64,000 nucleotides of DNA, from positions 87,234,001 to 87,298,000 of the forward strand of contig NC_043005.1 of assembly GCF_006345805.1 (NCBI RefSeq). The letters run 5' to 3'. Below the pieces are notes generated by a model. That model was not told the DNA's origin and did no database searches. It saw only the letters and a list, made by a program, of their open reading frames with translations. The position numbers and the translations under genes were made by a program. Positions 50,063 through 63,342 of the stretch are shown in pieces. Source of the stretch: Octopus sinensis. Its lineage: Eukaryota. Numbering within the stretch: position 1 is the first letter of the stretch; every line of letters starts with the position of its first letter.

Positions 50063-50670
50063 GTTCTACATTTAAGAGATGTGGAATTATGTACATTATT
50101 TACATTATTTACATTATAGATACTGACACATGTATACACATACACACGCACACACACTCACACACGCACACGCGCACACACACACACACACACATACACA
50201 CACACACACACACACATACACACACTGGTTATTTTCGCACTCTATCGCCTTCAAGAACCCCTTGCTCTATCCCTCTCCACTTCCAATCAGTTACATATAC
50301 AGTTCTATATTTAAGAGATGTGGAATTATGTATTTTATTTACATTATTTACATTTGACGGATATTTGTCCTCATCTTGTTAAAGGTGAAACAAACAATAA
50401 TTTCTGAGCGAGACGTAAACAATAGCAACAGGGAATCGTGAAGTATATTTGCCACCTAAATGTAGCGGATCCATAAGGCAATATGCTACTGTTCTTTATA
50501 GCCCCAGGAAGACATCTCCTCCAGCTGACTAGCGACACACTCCCTGTAAACAACAGTAGTATCGTCCCCAATGGGTCCGCCACATTTATATGGAAAATAT
50601 ATACCACCCGATGTCCTCATCTTGTTTGTTGTTAACACATCTTTCGGATGATGTACACTCCAGCTTTCAA
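50063..50670 (-). mobile_element. PLE terminus family Y, duplicated end, interrupted by a 231-bp insert
   Basis: TTAAGAGATGTGGAATTATGTA occurs twice; homologous to 53215-53395; insert 50381-50611 is flanked by TGTCCTCATCTTGTT. Confidence 0.7.
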
Positions 50671-51519
50671 GCGATCGATAAAAATGGAAGCTACATTTGT
50701 AGAAGTATTTTGAGATATGGAAACCGCAGTTTGGACATTGTTGGACCGACTTTACTCAATCAGAGTGAGCGTGGGTGTAAACTACAACTGCAACAAGAAC
50801 AAATGGAGCATGAATATTAGGCAACGGGAAGAGATAACAATTGATATATAATTGTTAGGGTGAATGGATGATTACGGCAAGAGTTCCTGCATTATAGATA
50901 TAATCCATCAGAGCTAACCAAGGTCGAAATCACACTATGCAGCCCTCATTAACAAGACCAGAGGGCTGAGAGGTTTCAACTCGAAAATATACTCAACTAT
51001 CTGCTATAATAATACCCTTGTGCTTTTCTCCGTCACAACATATTAATGAGAAATAAAGGGGTGAGAGTTAAATAAGGAAAGAAGGGGTGATGGCAAACTG
51101 TTAGCGGGACCGTTTGCGCATGTGTGTGTATGTGTGTGTGTGTGCACAATGGAAGTGGGGAAAAAGGAAACGAAAAATGAAACAGCGTTTCAACTCTGTG
51201 TGAGTATATATATGTATGTTTGTGCCTGTACAAGGGAAATATGTAAATGTGTGTATGTGTGAACCAGCGTTCTTTCGGTAACAAACGATGATTTATGTCA
51301 CATCTCAAAAAAACCACCACTAGATAACATTGACAAGTTTATTAATCTGATTTACCATCCATATTTATATGCAAGATACTCCAATTAGCCGTCACTTTTG
51401 TGGGTACGGGGCCTGCTAGCAGAAAATGTTATATATTCTTTACACCATACCTTATCGTGTTTAAAACAAGGAGAAGGAAAAAGTAGGTGATATATTTCTA
51501 GATACATTCATTCATTTGG

Positions 51520-51802
51520 TTCTCATTGTGCCTTGTGGCACTTGAGGTGACAGCAAGTTCATTCCACCTTCTAAAACTGAAACTCTCCTTGATAGCTTGT
51601 TCCATTGTTAACCCTCTGCTTTTAAGATATTTTACTATTGTACTCTACTACATTTCCTTTGGTTGGTCACGTCTACTTTCATCTTGTAGAACCCATTGCA
51701 AAGTGATCCTGACAATTGAGCTCAGTTTATTGGGACAAGCTCAACCCAGCCATTTCCATCTCCTTGCTTCAGTAGTTTCTCCAATTGGCTTCACGTTAGC
51801 AT
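51520..51802 (-). mobile_element. RTE-clade LINE 3' fragment
   Basis: RRWKWLG*..ITLQW..RRDQPKE..RGLTMEQA..RW..L..SSATRH. Confidence 0.75.
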
Positions 51803-51984
51803 TTGTGTGGAGTTGGCTAGTCGGCATCAAAAAGCGAAAAAATAGGTACAGGAGTGTAGCCAGGACGCGTTTCATTAAGGCATTTTTTTCAAAACACGCC
51901 TGCTAGATAAGTTAAATTTGTCTAAAGTCGTAAGATACCTGCTGTTGTCCTGCTATTACCATTCTTGTTTTTAATTTAATTTTT

Positions 51985-52255
51985 TTTTTGTATTTATATT
52001 CGTGTAGCTTCGTCCGTTTTTCTGTCCTTGTTTCGTTTACATTCGATCCTTTTTCCAAGAAATCTAATGCTCGCAGCTTAGTTTTTCATTGGGGCTGGCC
52101 GTTTCGGAGCAATATCAGGATTAATCAGACGAAATTTGCTATGATGATCCGGTTCCTGACTGAAGATTAAAGGCTTCGAATGACCGGTCCGTTTTTTGTG
52201 TCGTCTCTTTGTGTATTTCACGTTCTTGTCCCTTTTTATATATAATTTTTATACC
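51985..52255. repeat. Unclassified repeat related to 3055-3235
   Basis: Shared blocks in the opposite orientation; abuts (TA)n. Confidence 0.55.
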
Positions 52256-52260
52256 TATAT

Positions 52261-52294
<34 letters not shown>

Positions 52295-53214
52295 CAATGA
52301 GAACACCAATAACGTTAATCAAGATTACCCTCATTACCACAATTACCACCAACGCTGTCAAACAACGATGGATGAAGTGTTTTGCGCAAGAACCAGTTGG
52401 CCACGTGTTTACACACAAAACCAGGGACATAACCAACTCTAATGACAGAAACAAGATGCCAATATCACTAATAGTGACGCTATAATGAATAAAGCTATCT
52501 CCAGATTAACTTGCGGCATTACCTCTTACTAAATTCAGGGTAATCTCTAAATGCGGTCAAAGAAATGTATTAAAGTAATCCGCTTCGCAATGCAGGTGTG
52601 TCTTCTAAGATAAAACACTTTATGTAAATTGAATTAAACATCCACGTAAATATGTAAATGCATTTCGTATTTTGCGCGTCTATGGTGGTCAAAAATTTAA
52701 GAACAAACAATGAAGACCGAAAAACCGGTGTTTTAAGACAAAACTTTTGCGATATTCGATCCGGTCCCTCTCTTGTTACGCTTTCCACATCCCGTAAATG
52801 CGGCCAATCGGTTATTAGTCAATTGGAAAACTGTAAGTAGCGATTATTGTTCCCTCAAAAAAGCGATATGAATTCTTAAAAAGGAACCATTAAATAACTA
52901 TGTGCATTTAATCAGCGTGCTGTTAATAATGCACCAGTCATGCTTACGATGCAATGAAATAATCATTCATAATGAGACTCAGCAGGGATTAGAAATGACA
53001 TCCTGCGGGTTATTGATTAATTTGGGAAACACTGTTACTAAAACTAATTCCACGATTGGGTTTTTCATTGAAGCATACGGAAAATAGTGGTGGAAATTAT
53101 CAAATACAAGAATATGGCGAGAAAGAAGACAATGATGATGATGATGGTGGTGAGGGCAGCAAGAATGACGTTGACGGTGACGATGATGACAGGATGACTA
53201 AAACAAAGGGATGG

Positions 53215-53395
53215 GTTCTATATTTGAGAGATGAGGAATTGGGTACATCATTTACATTATTTACATTATTTACATTTGACGGATATTTGTCCTCATCTTG
53301 TTTGTTGTTAGCACAACGTTTCGGCTGATATATCCACCAGCCTTTTTCAAGTGTCTTGAACATGGGTTCTCATCCCTAAGGTATTTTTCGATGTT
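53215..53395 (-). mobile_element. PLE terminus family Y with core-mutated hammerhead at 53312-53353
   Basis: CAC-UUGAAAA-A-GGCUG..CAGCC-GAAA-CG-UU/GUG. Confidence 0.7.
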
Positions 53396-53399
53396 GTTG

Positions 53400-53471
<72 letters not shown>

Positions 53472-53475
<4 letters not shown>

Positions 53476-53845
53476 CCAAAATTTAGAAATAGCAGTTAAA
53501 TACTATTCTACAACCATAAGATATCTTCCAGACAGTAATACTCTCAACTAACAGAGGCAAAGAGAAAAAAATAACGAATCAACCCGGATTTTTTTCTCTT
53601 TGCCTGTGTGCGTTGAGAGTATTGCTGTCTGGGAAATGTATTATGGTAGTAGAATAGATTTTAACTGCTCTTTCTAAATTTCGGTATGTGTCGTCGCAAT
53701 TTTGTTAAACCCTAATTATAATAAATTTATAATTATAATAATTTTTGCTTAAGTTTACCGATAATGGTTCTTTTAACATACCGAACTACTTGGTAAGATT
53801 ATTAATAATAAATTGATTAATTAATTTTACCCTTTATTATTATAA
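53472..53845. mobile_element. Fold-back PLE terminus related to 9544-10325
   Basis: Arms 53472-53572 and 53588-53687; homologous 3' tail. Confidence 0.75.
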
Positions 53846-53879
53846 AGACATAGACAGACACACACACAGACGCACATAT

Positions 53880-53883
<4 letters not shown>

Positions 53884-53973
<90 letters not shown>
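53884..53973. repeat. (GATA)n microsatellite
   Basis: Direct reading. Confidence 0.95.
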
Positions 53974-54048
53974 CAGTACTCCGTTTTGTGTGTGTGTGTG
54001 TGTGTGTGCTTGTAGATATATGTATATATACATACACAAACACACATA

Positions 54049-54108
<60 letters not shown>

Positions 54109-54629
54109 CAAACACACAGACAAGCGCGCACGCACATACACAAAACCACATATATATGAAGTGATATACGTTAAGAGATTTACTAGACGTTTCCTATTTT
54201 ACCGCGGGTAATGTCGTTCACCAGAATCCAGTGCGACAGACTATCTGCGGGCATCGCACTCTTTTGCGCTCCAGCTCTAAGTATTCTTCATTTGTTTTTC
54301 GATATTGAGTGACGAGCTGCAGCAGATTGTTTACAAATCCATACATCATTACACCTTCAGGCTACTAACGTTCGGCAATGTTAGCTTTGTAAACAGATAC
54401 ACACGTGGGCGTGTGGGCCGTTTATATGTAACATATACTGAATTATATATAAATACACACACACCAACACACATACATGAATATACATTTGTGTATATAT
54501 ATGTATTTTTATGAATAGAGCGAGATGTACATATATACATATATGTATGCATGTGCGTTACTGTATACAGATACACACATACACACACTCACACACCTAC
54601 GCAGATACACATAGATACTTTTGTACGCT

Positions 54630-55222
54630 GATGAGTGACCGTGTAATATGAAGGATTTACTAACCACTTTTGGGTTCAGTTCCAGTGAGTGGCACCTTGG
54701 GCAAGTATATTCTAGTGTAACCTTGTGGATTTGGTAGACGGAAACTGAAAGAAGCCCATTGTGTATATATATATATACAGATCGCCATGTTGATTCGCTA
54801 GCTTCTGCACGCATTTTTTTTCTCTCCTTGTTTCTTTCCGTGTTTCTTTTCTGTGTATCTTTCTGGTGGAGAGCGTAGGCTCGAAATGTAAAAGACTTGT
54901 TTTATTTATATTCCTGAGCGCCATACTAATACAACTGTTTGTTTGTATTCCACCTGTCTTCGTTCTTTGTTTATTTTCATAAAGTTTCCTGTTATATATA
55001 TATATATATATATACATACATAGACATATGATTGCATGTATTTGTGTGTCTGTGTTTGTCGCGCCACCCTCGCCATCGCTTGACAACCGGTGATAATGTG
55101 TTTACGTCCTTTTAAGTATTACGCTTTAAAGAAATGTCCTAAAGTCGATTTATTCGACCGAAAGTTTGAAGGCGGTGCTCCAGCATGGCCGCCGTCAAAT
55201 AGCTGAAAGAAATAAAAGAATA
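54630..55222 (+). mobile_element. SINE family B with PLE family X terminus (54781-54992) nested in its (TA)n
   Basis: Head to ~54760, tail from ~55045; insert carries a degenerate hammerhead at 54858-54895. Confidence 0.8.
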
Positions 55223-56166
55223 CATGAATATGCGTGTGTGAGGTGTTTATGTGCGTATGTGGGTAGCTGTGGTGCGTGCGTATGTGTGCGCGTTTCCATA
55301 TATGTATGCATATAAATATGTAATATGTATAAATATGAATATGTAATATATATAAAATTAATTCATTTCATATATATAAAATTAATTCATTTATCATCCA
55401 TAAAATTCAAATTACTTGAAATTAAACCTATACACATAAGTGTACCGGTATACAACCGCCACCGCCCCTTAAACACATACGCAAACTCTCATTTACTGTC
55501 AATCATGCACGTATAATTTATATCAGCGGAAAATCAAAGCCCACACGTAAAAACTCATGGATAATAACGCATCTTTAGACAGTTGTACAAACACACTGAC
55601 ACCTACTCATGCATAAAAAAGAAAATAACATAGAAATGCACTTAGGAACGCATAAAGATACATATAACCGCGTTGTTTTGCGCCGAATCAGCTGGCATTC
55701 TCTTGAAGAAAATGCAAATTTTAATACTAAATAAATACATAAATTCAAAGAAGGGAGGGAATAAAACTAAACTGTAAGGTTATTATTGATAAGGAATGTC
55801 TATGAAATTGTTGATGTATGCTAATGAAAATATCTTTCGTAAAATTTATGTATCATTTACGGCGCATCAAAAGTATATTTTATTACTTTCCAGTTCTAAT
55901 TTATAACTTGAAAAGTAATAATTTATATGCTTTGCAATAATTAATATAGCAATTTTCAATTAAAATTAATTGTTTATACCCTATATATATTTATGTATTT
56001 GCAATAGCTCGGAAGCATATTTGTTTAGTTTCTGACTTTGCACATCAAAAGTACACACGCGCACACTCACACACAAATATTTAAAATTATATAGTTTTCC
56101 ACATGTGTGTGTCTTTCTGTATGTCTATTATTGTGTGTGTGTGTATGAATATGTATATGAAATATG

Positions 56167-56200
<34 letters not shown>

Positions 56201-56430
56201 ATATTATATATATATATACATACATATATATAGATAATATATATATATAATAATATATAATATATGTATGTATATATATATAGATAGATAGATAGATATA
56301 CATATAAATATATATGTAATATATATATATAATATATATATATAAGAGAGAGAGAGAGAGAGATAGATAGGATAGATAGATATACATTAAATACATATAT
56401 GAATATATATATATATATATATATATTATA

Positions 56431-56798
56431 TCTCTATATATATAAACGGCAGTTTGTCTGTGTGTGTTTCTGTGTGTCTGTTAGGTTGTACCCTCACCCT
56501 GACCACGGCTTTCCACCGATTCTGATGAAACTTGACACACACATAGCCCAATGTCATAATTCAAAACTAATGCAGCGAAAATTTTGAAAAGTTCCCCCAG
56601 TTCTGAAAAAAATCGATAAATTCGACATGGGGTCGAGAATCAGAAACACAAACCACAGACTGTCTAGGGGACGCAACTCGACCTTTTTAACTAAAAAAAT
56701 TTACCATCATTTTTTTCCAGTTTTTGGCTATAACTCTCTAAAAATGCTTTATTGTTATTTCCCTTACAAACCCGAGCAACGCCGGGCGATACTGCTAG
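56431..56798 (+). mobile_element. Non-autonomous Helitron
   Basis: 5' TC, 3' CTAG, between A and T; GC hairpin CCCGAGCAACGCCGGG at 56771-56786, 8 nt before CTAG. Confidence 0.85.
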
Positions 56799-57449
56799 TA
56801 TATATATATATATACACACATTAAAATATTTAGATACGGACATGTCAGTGCGTGTGTGCGTGAGTGAGTGAGTGAGTGACCGTGTGTGTGTGTGTATGAG
56901 TGTGTATGTGTTGAATCATAAAATACACATAATACGCATTTTTCAATATCGCTTCGAAAAGAGCTATGAAACATCACAGAACATTCGGTAGTGAACGTCC
57001 AGAGATCGTCTGACATTTGTTTCATATCTTTAGAAGATACGATGGCTGCGTTGCACAAACACGTTGTTACCAAATTACGAATGTGAAACTGACTTTAAAA
57101 ATTATCACAACAAATTAATAGTTAATTGTTTTATATGTAGAAAATCACTAACCGACTCAATTTATTAACAAAACCACCCACAAAAATTCTCTTTGAATGA
57201 AGGCAATTATGATAATATCTTCACTAAGATTGATAAACGCATATTTAATGCCATTTTGAAAATATATAGTGAAATATGTATTTAAAATTCTGGTCGGTAG
57301 TGTTGTAATTGTAAATCTATAGATACTTGGTGCAGCTTCTGAATAATAATGTTGGTCGCCTAACGCAATCACACTCTACGGATATTAACTGAAATAAATT
57401 TAAAATGTAAAACGCAGGATCGAAACAAGGGGCAGTAGTAATAATCCGT

Positions 57450-57668
57450 TCTGATATAGGCACAACGCCAGCAATTTTGGGGGAAGGTATCAGTCGATTA
57501 CATCAACGCCCGCCTCCCAGTATTTCACTGGTACTTATTTCATCAATCCCGAAAGGATGAAAGGCAAAGTCGACCTCGGTACAATGTGAACACAGAAGGG
57601 AAATACGGACGAAATGCCGCTGAACAATTTCTCCTCCGGAGCGGTAAGGATTCCGCCAGGTCGCTCCC
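57450..57668 (-). mobile_element. SINE family A, diverged
   Basis: CCCGAAAGGATGAAAGGCAAAGTCGACCTCGG. Confidence 0.8.
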
Positions 57669-57907
57669 TTGATAATAGTAGTAACAGTAATAATAACAAT
57701 AACAGTTTTTGCTAGAAAAACTGTCCGATTCATATACATTCATATATAGACATTTATGCAAATGGAAACACATACACAAACATAAAACGTATACATATAT
57801 ATACACTCATACACGTATATATTCACATTCGCCGCAAATATGAATATAGAAATATATTACATAGGTATGGGTGAAATAAACTAAATAATGACATACATAC
57901 ATATGTG

Positions 57908-58282
57908 TGGAGGCGCAATGACAAAGTGGTTAGGGAAGCGGACTCGCGGTCATAGGATGGTGGTTTCGTTTCCCAGACCGGGCGTTGTGAGTGTTTATTG
58001 AGCAAAAACATCTAAGGCTTCACGAGTCTCAGCAGGATGGTGGCGACCCCTGCTGTACACTTGCCCCACAACTTTCTCTCACTCTTTCTTCCTGTTTCTG
58101 TTGTACCTGTATTTCAAAGGGACAGCCGTGTCACACTCTGTGTCACGCTGAATCTCCCTCAGAACTACGTTAAGGGTACACGTGTCTGTAGAGTGCTCAG
58201 CCACTTACACTTCACGAGCAGGCTGTTCCGTTGATTGGATTAAATTTTACCATCATCGTCGTAAATAATGAAATGCCACGAT
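57908..58282 (+). mobile_element. SINE family C, tail type 2
   Basis: Same head as 29334; body ACGTTAAGGGTACACGTGTCTG..TTCACGAGCAGGCTGTTC. Confidence 0.88.
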
Positions 58283-58573
58283 ACATATGTACATACATAT
58301 AAGTGTATGTGTGCGTGTGTGTGAGAGTGTGTGAGAGTGTGTAAAATATTAGAGTTAACTTGTGCTTAATATTTTCCGGAACAGTACTTCAAACGGTGAA
58401 TTTCTTTAAAATATTTTCAAATATTTTATAAATGGAAAACATCACATTTCATGAAGAGAGTAGTTTAAAATTCAACGGGTGACGAAACGATAATGATATC
58501 CGTGGGGCAACTGATGATGATGGTATGCTGGATTGCTGGTATGGCAGCCGGATAGTATTATAATACATCCTCT

Positions 58574-58630
<57 letters not shown>

Positions 58631-58699
58631 ATGTATGTATGTATGTATGTATGCATGTATGTACGTATGTATGTATATATGGATGTATGAACGTATATA

Positions 58700-59437
58700 A
58701 ACTCAGATAAACTTAGATATGTTTCTACCAAAAATTGGTCCAGGCCATGTCTAACTTAACAGCACCACCTGATAGGATTATTTGAATCCTGTTTAAGTCA
58801 AGTTTTGTTTATGGTCCATTCAAGTAGTGAGTTGTATCCAATTATGGGTGGCTTACCTGGTATTCTTTGAAGGAATCTATCCAGACTCCGTTTAAAGTTG
58901 ATGGGATCCTTTTCCTCTTTGATCTCTTTCGGGACAATGTTAAATCGGGCAGGGCCTGTTGAGGAAAAGAAATTATGTTGCAGTGTACATGTATGCTGTG
59001 ATCTTGAATTGGGCAGGGGACGTATGGCCCGTGGTCCAAGTCTTGGATGAACATTGAAGCTAATGTTCAGATCGTTTGGGCAAAGTTGGCGGTATATTCT
59101 CCACATCGTACAAATGATGTACCGCTCACGGCGACGCTGGAGAGAGTAGAGTTTCAATGCTTTAAGGCGATCCCAATGATCGAGAGCAGCCATGCCTTCA
59201 ATTCGTTTAGTGAGTACCCTCTGGGGTGATTCAATCCTCGAGATGTTTTGTCTTGTATGGGGAGACCACAGTCTGCAGCAGGTATTCGAGGTGTGGCCGT
59301 ACAAAGGAGGAGAAAGTGGTATGATGACACCTTGTTCTCTGGACCGGAAGTACTTAAGATCAAGGAACTCATCCTACGAGCTATATCTACCTTCTTGTTG
59401 ATGTGTGCACTCGAACTGAGATCGTCATCAACAATTA
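58700..59437 (-). mobile_element. CR1-group LINE 3' fragment
   Basis: WSPH..IESPQR.LTKRIEGM..RLKALKLYSLQRRRERY..GPARFNIVP..FKRSLDRFLQRIP. Confidence 0.9.
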
Positions 59438-60078
59438 CATATATATATATGTATATATATGTATATGTCTGTGAGAGTGTACAAGTATGCGCGCATGCAT
59501 GTGTGTATGCCTGCATGCGTAAGTGCGTGTGTGTGTTTGGGCGTGTGTGTCCGCGTGCATGCGTGCGTGCGTGTGTGTTTGTGTGTGTTGTGTGTGTCTC
59601 AAAATTTTGTAAACAACACACTTACTTGTACTGAAAGACTTTTCTATTTGGTTCTTATTTTTCTTCCCAACTCTCTCCATGATCACTTATCTCCCCTTAC
59701 CAAAATCAATCTTTTATTTCCTGTTTACTCTTTCCTCCTTTCGATTTCTGTCTCATTTTTAAATCATACCCACCCACCCCTCTTTTCTCAGCTTTCCAGT
59801 TTCTTTTCACCGATTCCTCTACATTACCCTCCCTGTCTTAATGCGCCAATTTCATTTTGTCTTTTGCCTTTTTTTCTTTTATTTGACAAATAATTAATTA
59901 CACGGTTGAATTTTAAACTACTCTTCTCATGAAAACTGTTTTTCATGTATAAAAAATTTGAAAATATTTTAAAGAAATTCTCTCCGTTTCAAGAGCTGCT
60001 CTGGAAAAAAATGAAGCACAGGTTGACTCTAAAATTTTACACCCTCTCACCCGCACTTACACACACACACACACACAC

Positions 60079-60125
<47 letters not shown>

Positions 60126-60144
60126 ATCTGTATGTACATATGTA

Positions 60145-60521
60145 TCGTGACACTCCATTGTTTACGACGATGAGGGTTCCAGTTGATCCGCTCAACAGAA
60201 CAGCCTGTTCGTGAAATTAACGAGCAAGTGGCTGAGCACTCCACAGACACGTGTACCCTTAACGTAGTTCCCGGGGAGATTCAGCGTGACACAGAATGTA
60301 ACAAGGCTGGCCTATTGAAATACAAGTACAACAAGAATAGGAAGAAAGAGTGAGAGACAATTGCGGAGAAAAAGTACAGCAGGGTTCACTACCACCTTGT
60401 GCCGGAGCCTCGTGGAGCTTTCGGTATTTTAGCTTAATTCACAATGCCTGGTCTGGGAAACGAAACCACAATCCTATGACCGCGATTCCGCTGCCCTAAC
60501 CACTGGGCCATTGCACCTCCA
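60145..60521 (-). mobile_element. SINE family C, tail type 2
   Basis: Reverse-complement homolog of 57908-58282. Confidence 0.88.
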
Positions 60522-60876
60522 CATATATGTTGTATGTATGTATGTATGTATGTATGTATGTATGTATGTATGTATGTATGTATGTATGTATGTATGTATG
60601 TATGTATATATATATGTGTGTATGTATGTATGCCACTATATTGAAACTAAAGTACATATTTCCAAAATGAAAGTTGCTGGCATTACATTCTAGAGCGAGA
60701 GGGGGGGGGGGAAAGAAATAAGGGAAGATGGATGGCAAACGTACTTAATTGATGGACAGCCGCAGTGCACTATTGTAAATCGGTCTCCCTACACTTTTCT
60801 CCATGTTCTACACGTACTGGCACGGCTTTCAATATTGTCACCGAAACAAACAATCCTTCACAATTATGCAAATATA

Positions 60877-61087
60877 CGAGATGATGCCGAAAATTTTATG
60901 GCTTTGGATAAAAGAAAATGCAGGAGGATCAGTTATGATTTTATTCACCATGTTCACCTCTCAGAATCACACACTTATTGCAGCGGTCCATAAGCCTTTC
61001 TAAGCCCAGTAAAAGAACCGAAAACCTGGGCCTCCATCCAGCCTTTTGCGACAGTCTTAAAACCAGGAACTTTTCAAAATCCGCTCG
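60877..61087. mobile_element. mariner-type MITE
   Basis: TA-CGAGATGATGCCGAAAATTTTATGGCTTT..AAAACCAGGAACTTTTCAAAATCCGCTCG-TA; imperfect TIRs with TA on both sides. Confidence 0.7.
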
Positions 61088-61641
61088 TATGTGAATGACT
61101 GCTTTTCATTTATTAAATCTACCTCAATTAGACGTACCAATGTATTATCAAAATTAAAACTCAGCTTCAAGTCTTAAAACCAGGAACTTTTCAAAATCCG
61201 CTCGTATATAAATGACTGCTTTTCATTCATTAAATCTCCCTCAATTAGACGTACCAAGGTGTTATCAAAATTAAAACTCAGCTTCAAGTCTTAAAACCAG
61301 GAACTTTTCAAAATCCGCTCGTATGTGAATGACTGCTTTTCATTTATTAAATCTACCTCAATTAGACGTACCAAGGTATTATCAAAATTAAAACTCAGCT
61401 TCAAGTCTTAAAACCAGGAACTTTTCAAAATCCGCTCGTATGTGAATGACTGCTTTTCATTTATTAAATCTACCTCAATTAGACGTACCAAGGTGTTATC
61501 AAAATTAAATCTCAGCTTCAAGTCTTAAAACCAGGAACTTTTCAAAATCCGCTCGTATGTGAATGACTGATTTTCATTCATTAAATCTACCTCAATTAGA
61601 CGTACCAAGGTGTTATCAAAATTAAAACTCAGCTTCAAGTC
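61053..61641. repeat. 117-bp tandem repeat, 5 units
   Basis: Units start at 61053, 61170, 61287, 61404 and 61521 and differ at only a few positions. Confidence 0.97.
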
Positions 61642-62150
61642 GTACTGACACGTCAATTATATTGATAAAATCAACAATTTTATTACATTTATATTTGGTG
61701 CTGTATTATTCATTAAACTTAATCAGTTAGTTCTTTTTCTTTTTTTAAGCTAATACCAAAATCTATCGCAGAAGAGGACCGCAATAAATTCGTTATCTAT
61801 TGATTTCGAATTCCAAGGAGAGTGATTTATGCATTTCTTTCTCCCAGGGCTATTAAAATTTCATCTGTCGATGCTATCCAATCGCTTTTCGTTCCATGAT
61901 TTTACTCGTCTATGTCCACAAACATTTCGTCCTAATCATTCCATCACAGTGTTTTCTTGCTAGAATGTGTCTTCGAACGCCGTTACTCAACAGATTGCGC
62001 TTTTCGTAACGCAGTAGCGTGTGATTTAATTTATTTCTAGCAGATAGTATTACTCCTGTTGCGAGTTGAAATAGTACCAGTGATACACACTCCTAGTTTT
62101 TGACTCACATCTATTCATATGTGAAGAAAGACCTGACAGGCACTCCGTCA

Positions 62151-62406
62151 GTTAAGTTAGGTTTATTTTTTGGCTCAAAAAGCAAAAAGCAAGGCCATGT
62201 AGGGGGACATGGAGTTATGTACAGGGTGGTGTTCAGGCAAAGAGTTCAGGCCATTTCTGGTCAAAAGAGACTTTGAACCGAGCGGTTGTCGGCATCTTCA
62301 CTATCTCGTCCGGCAGTTTATTCCACGGATCCGCAACCCGGACGGAGAAAGCCCCTCTCCTTCGATTGAGATGAAATCGTCGCAGATAGAGCTTTTCGGA
62401 GTGACC
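62151..62406 (-). mobile_element. CR1/L2-group LINE 3' fragment, same family as 7680-7988
   Basis: Close reverse-complement match over ~250 bp. Confidence 0.88.
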
Positions 62407-62825
62407 GAAATTACATTCACGACTGTACTAGTTGACCTGGTCAATTCAACAGCATGTTCGTGAAATGAATACGCACGTATCTCACACACACAGCAACACA
62501 CACACACACACATACACACACACATTCTCGCACACACATACATACACACACATCATATATACACACTTATATACATGCATACATATCTGTAATTATTGGG
62601 GCCCTGGGACATGTAACACACTGCCCAAATACCAATCTTGAGAAATTAGGCTTCTTAAAACCAGAAAGGAGAAAACTAATTCGAAGGTAACAGAGACAAG
62701 CCATCACTGGAACAGTAAAAATCTGTAAAACTTTCCATAAGTTTATCATTTAAACATATATGATCATGTCTTGATATGAAAATATATGCATGAGAAAACA
62801 TATATACAAATCTGCTCATATACAA

Positions 62826-62858
<33 letters not shown>

Positions 62859-63154
62859 CATACATACATATAAATATGCACATACATACATACATATATA
62901 TACATACATACATACATACATACATACATACATACATACATACATACATACATACATACATACAAAAATACCCTGTTGTTGATGTTGAAATTCCAATAAA
63001 GGAGCATTGGATCAATGTTAGAGACCGGCTCTTACTCTATTGGCAAAAAATCGTGAAATAAAATTGAACAATAACATGCATACATACATACGTACATACA
63101 TGCACACACACTCACACATATATACACTCCAACAACACGCACACTATTAACGTA

Positions 63155-63342
63155 GGTCTCAGGAAGATTGAACGTGGTACAAAACGTGCCAGGGTTGTCC
63201 TTTCGAATTACAGGTACAATTCATATTCTCCATCTGATTGGACGGAAGTAACGTGAAATAAATTGTCAACGCGTCACCAGGAATCAAACACACGTCCGCA
63301 TGATCGTAAGCGGATACCTTAAACTCTAAGTCACACGCCTTC
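63155..63342 (-). mobile_element. Old tRNA-derived SINE related to family C type 2
   Basis: Head AGGCGTGTGACTTAGAG..GTTTGATTCCTGG; body CACGTTCAATCTTCCTGAGA. Confidence 0.55.

Noticed and set aside
61053-61641. CRISPR-like or coding repeat (117 bp = 39 codons)
   Set aside because: No unique spacers; the most open frame I found has a stop in every unit
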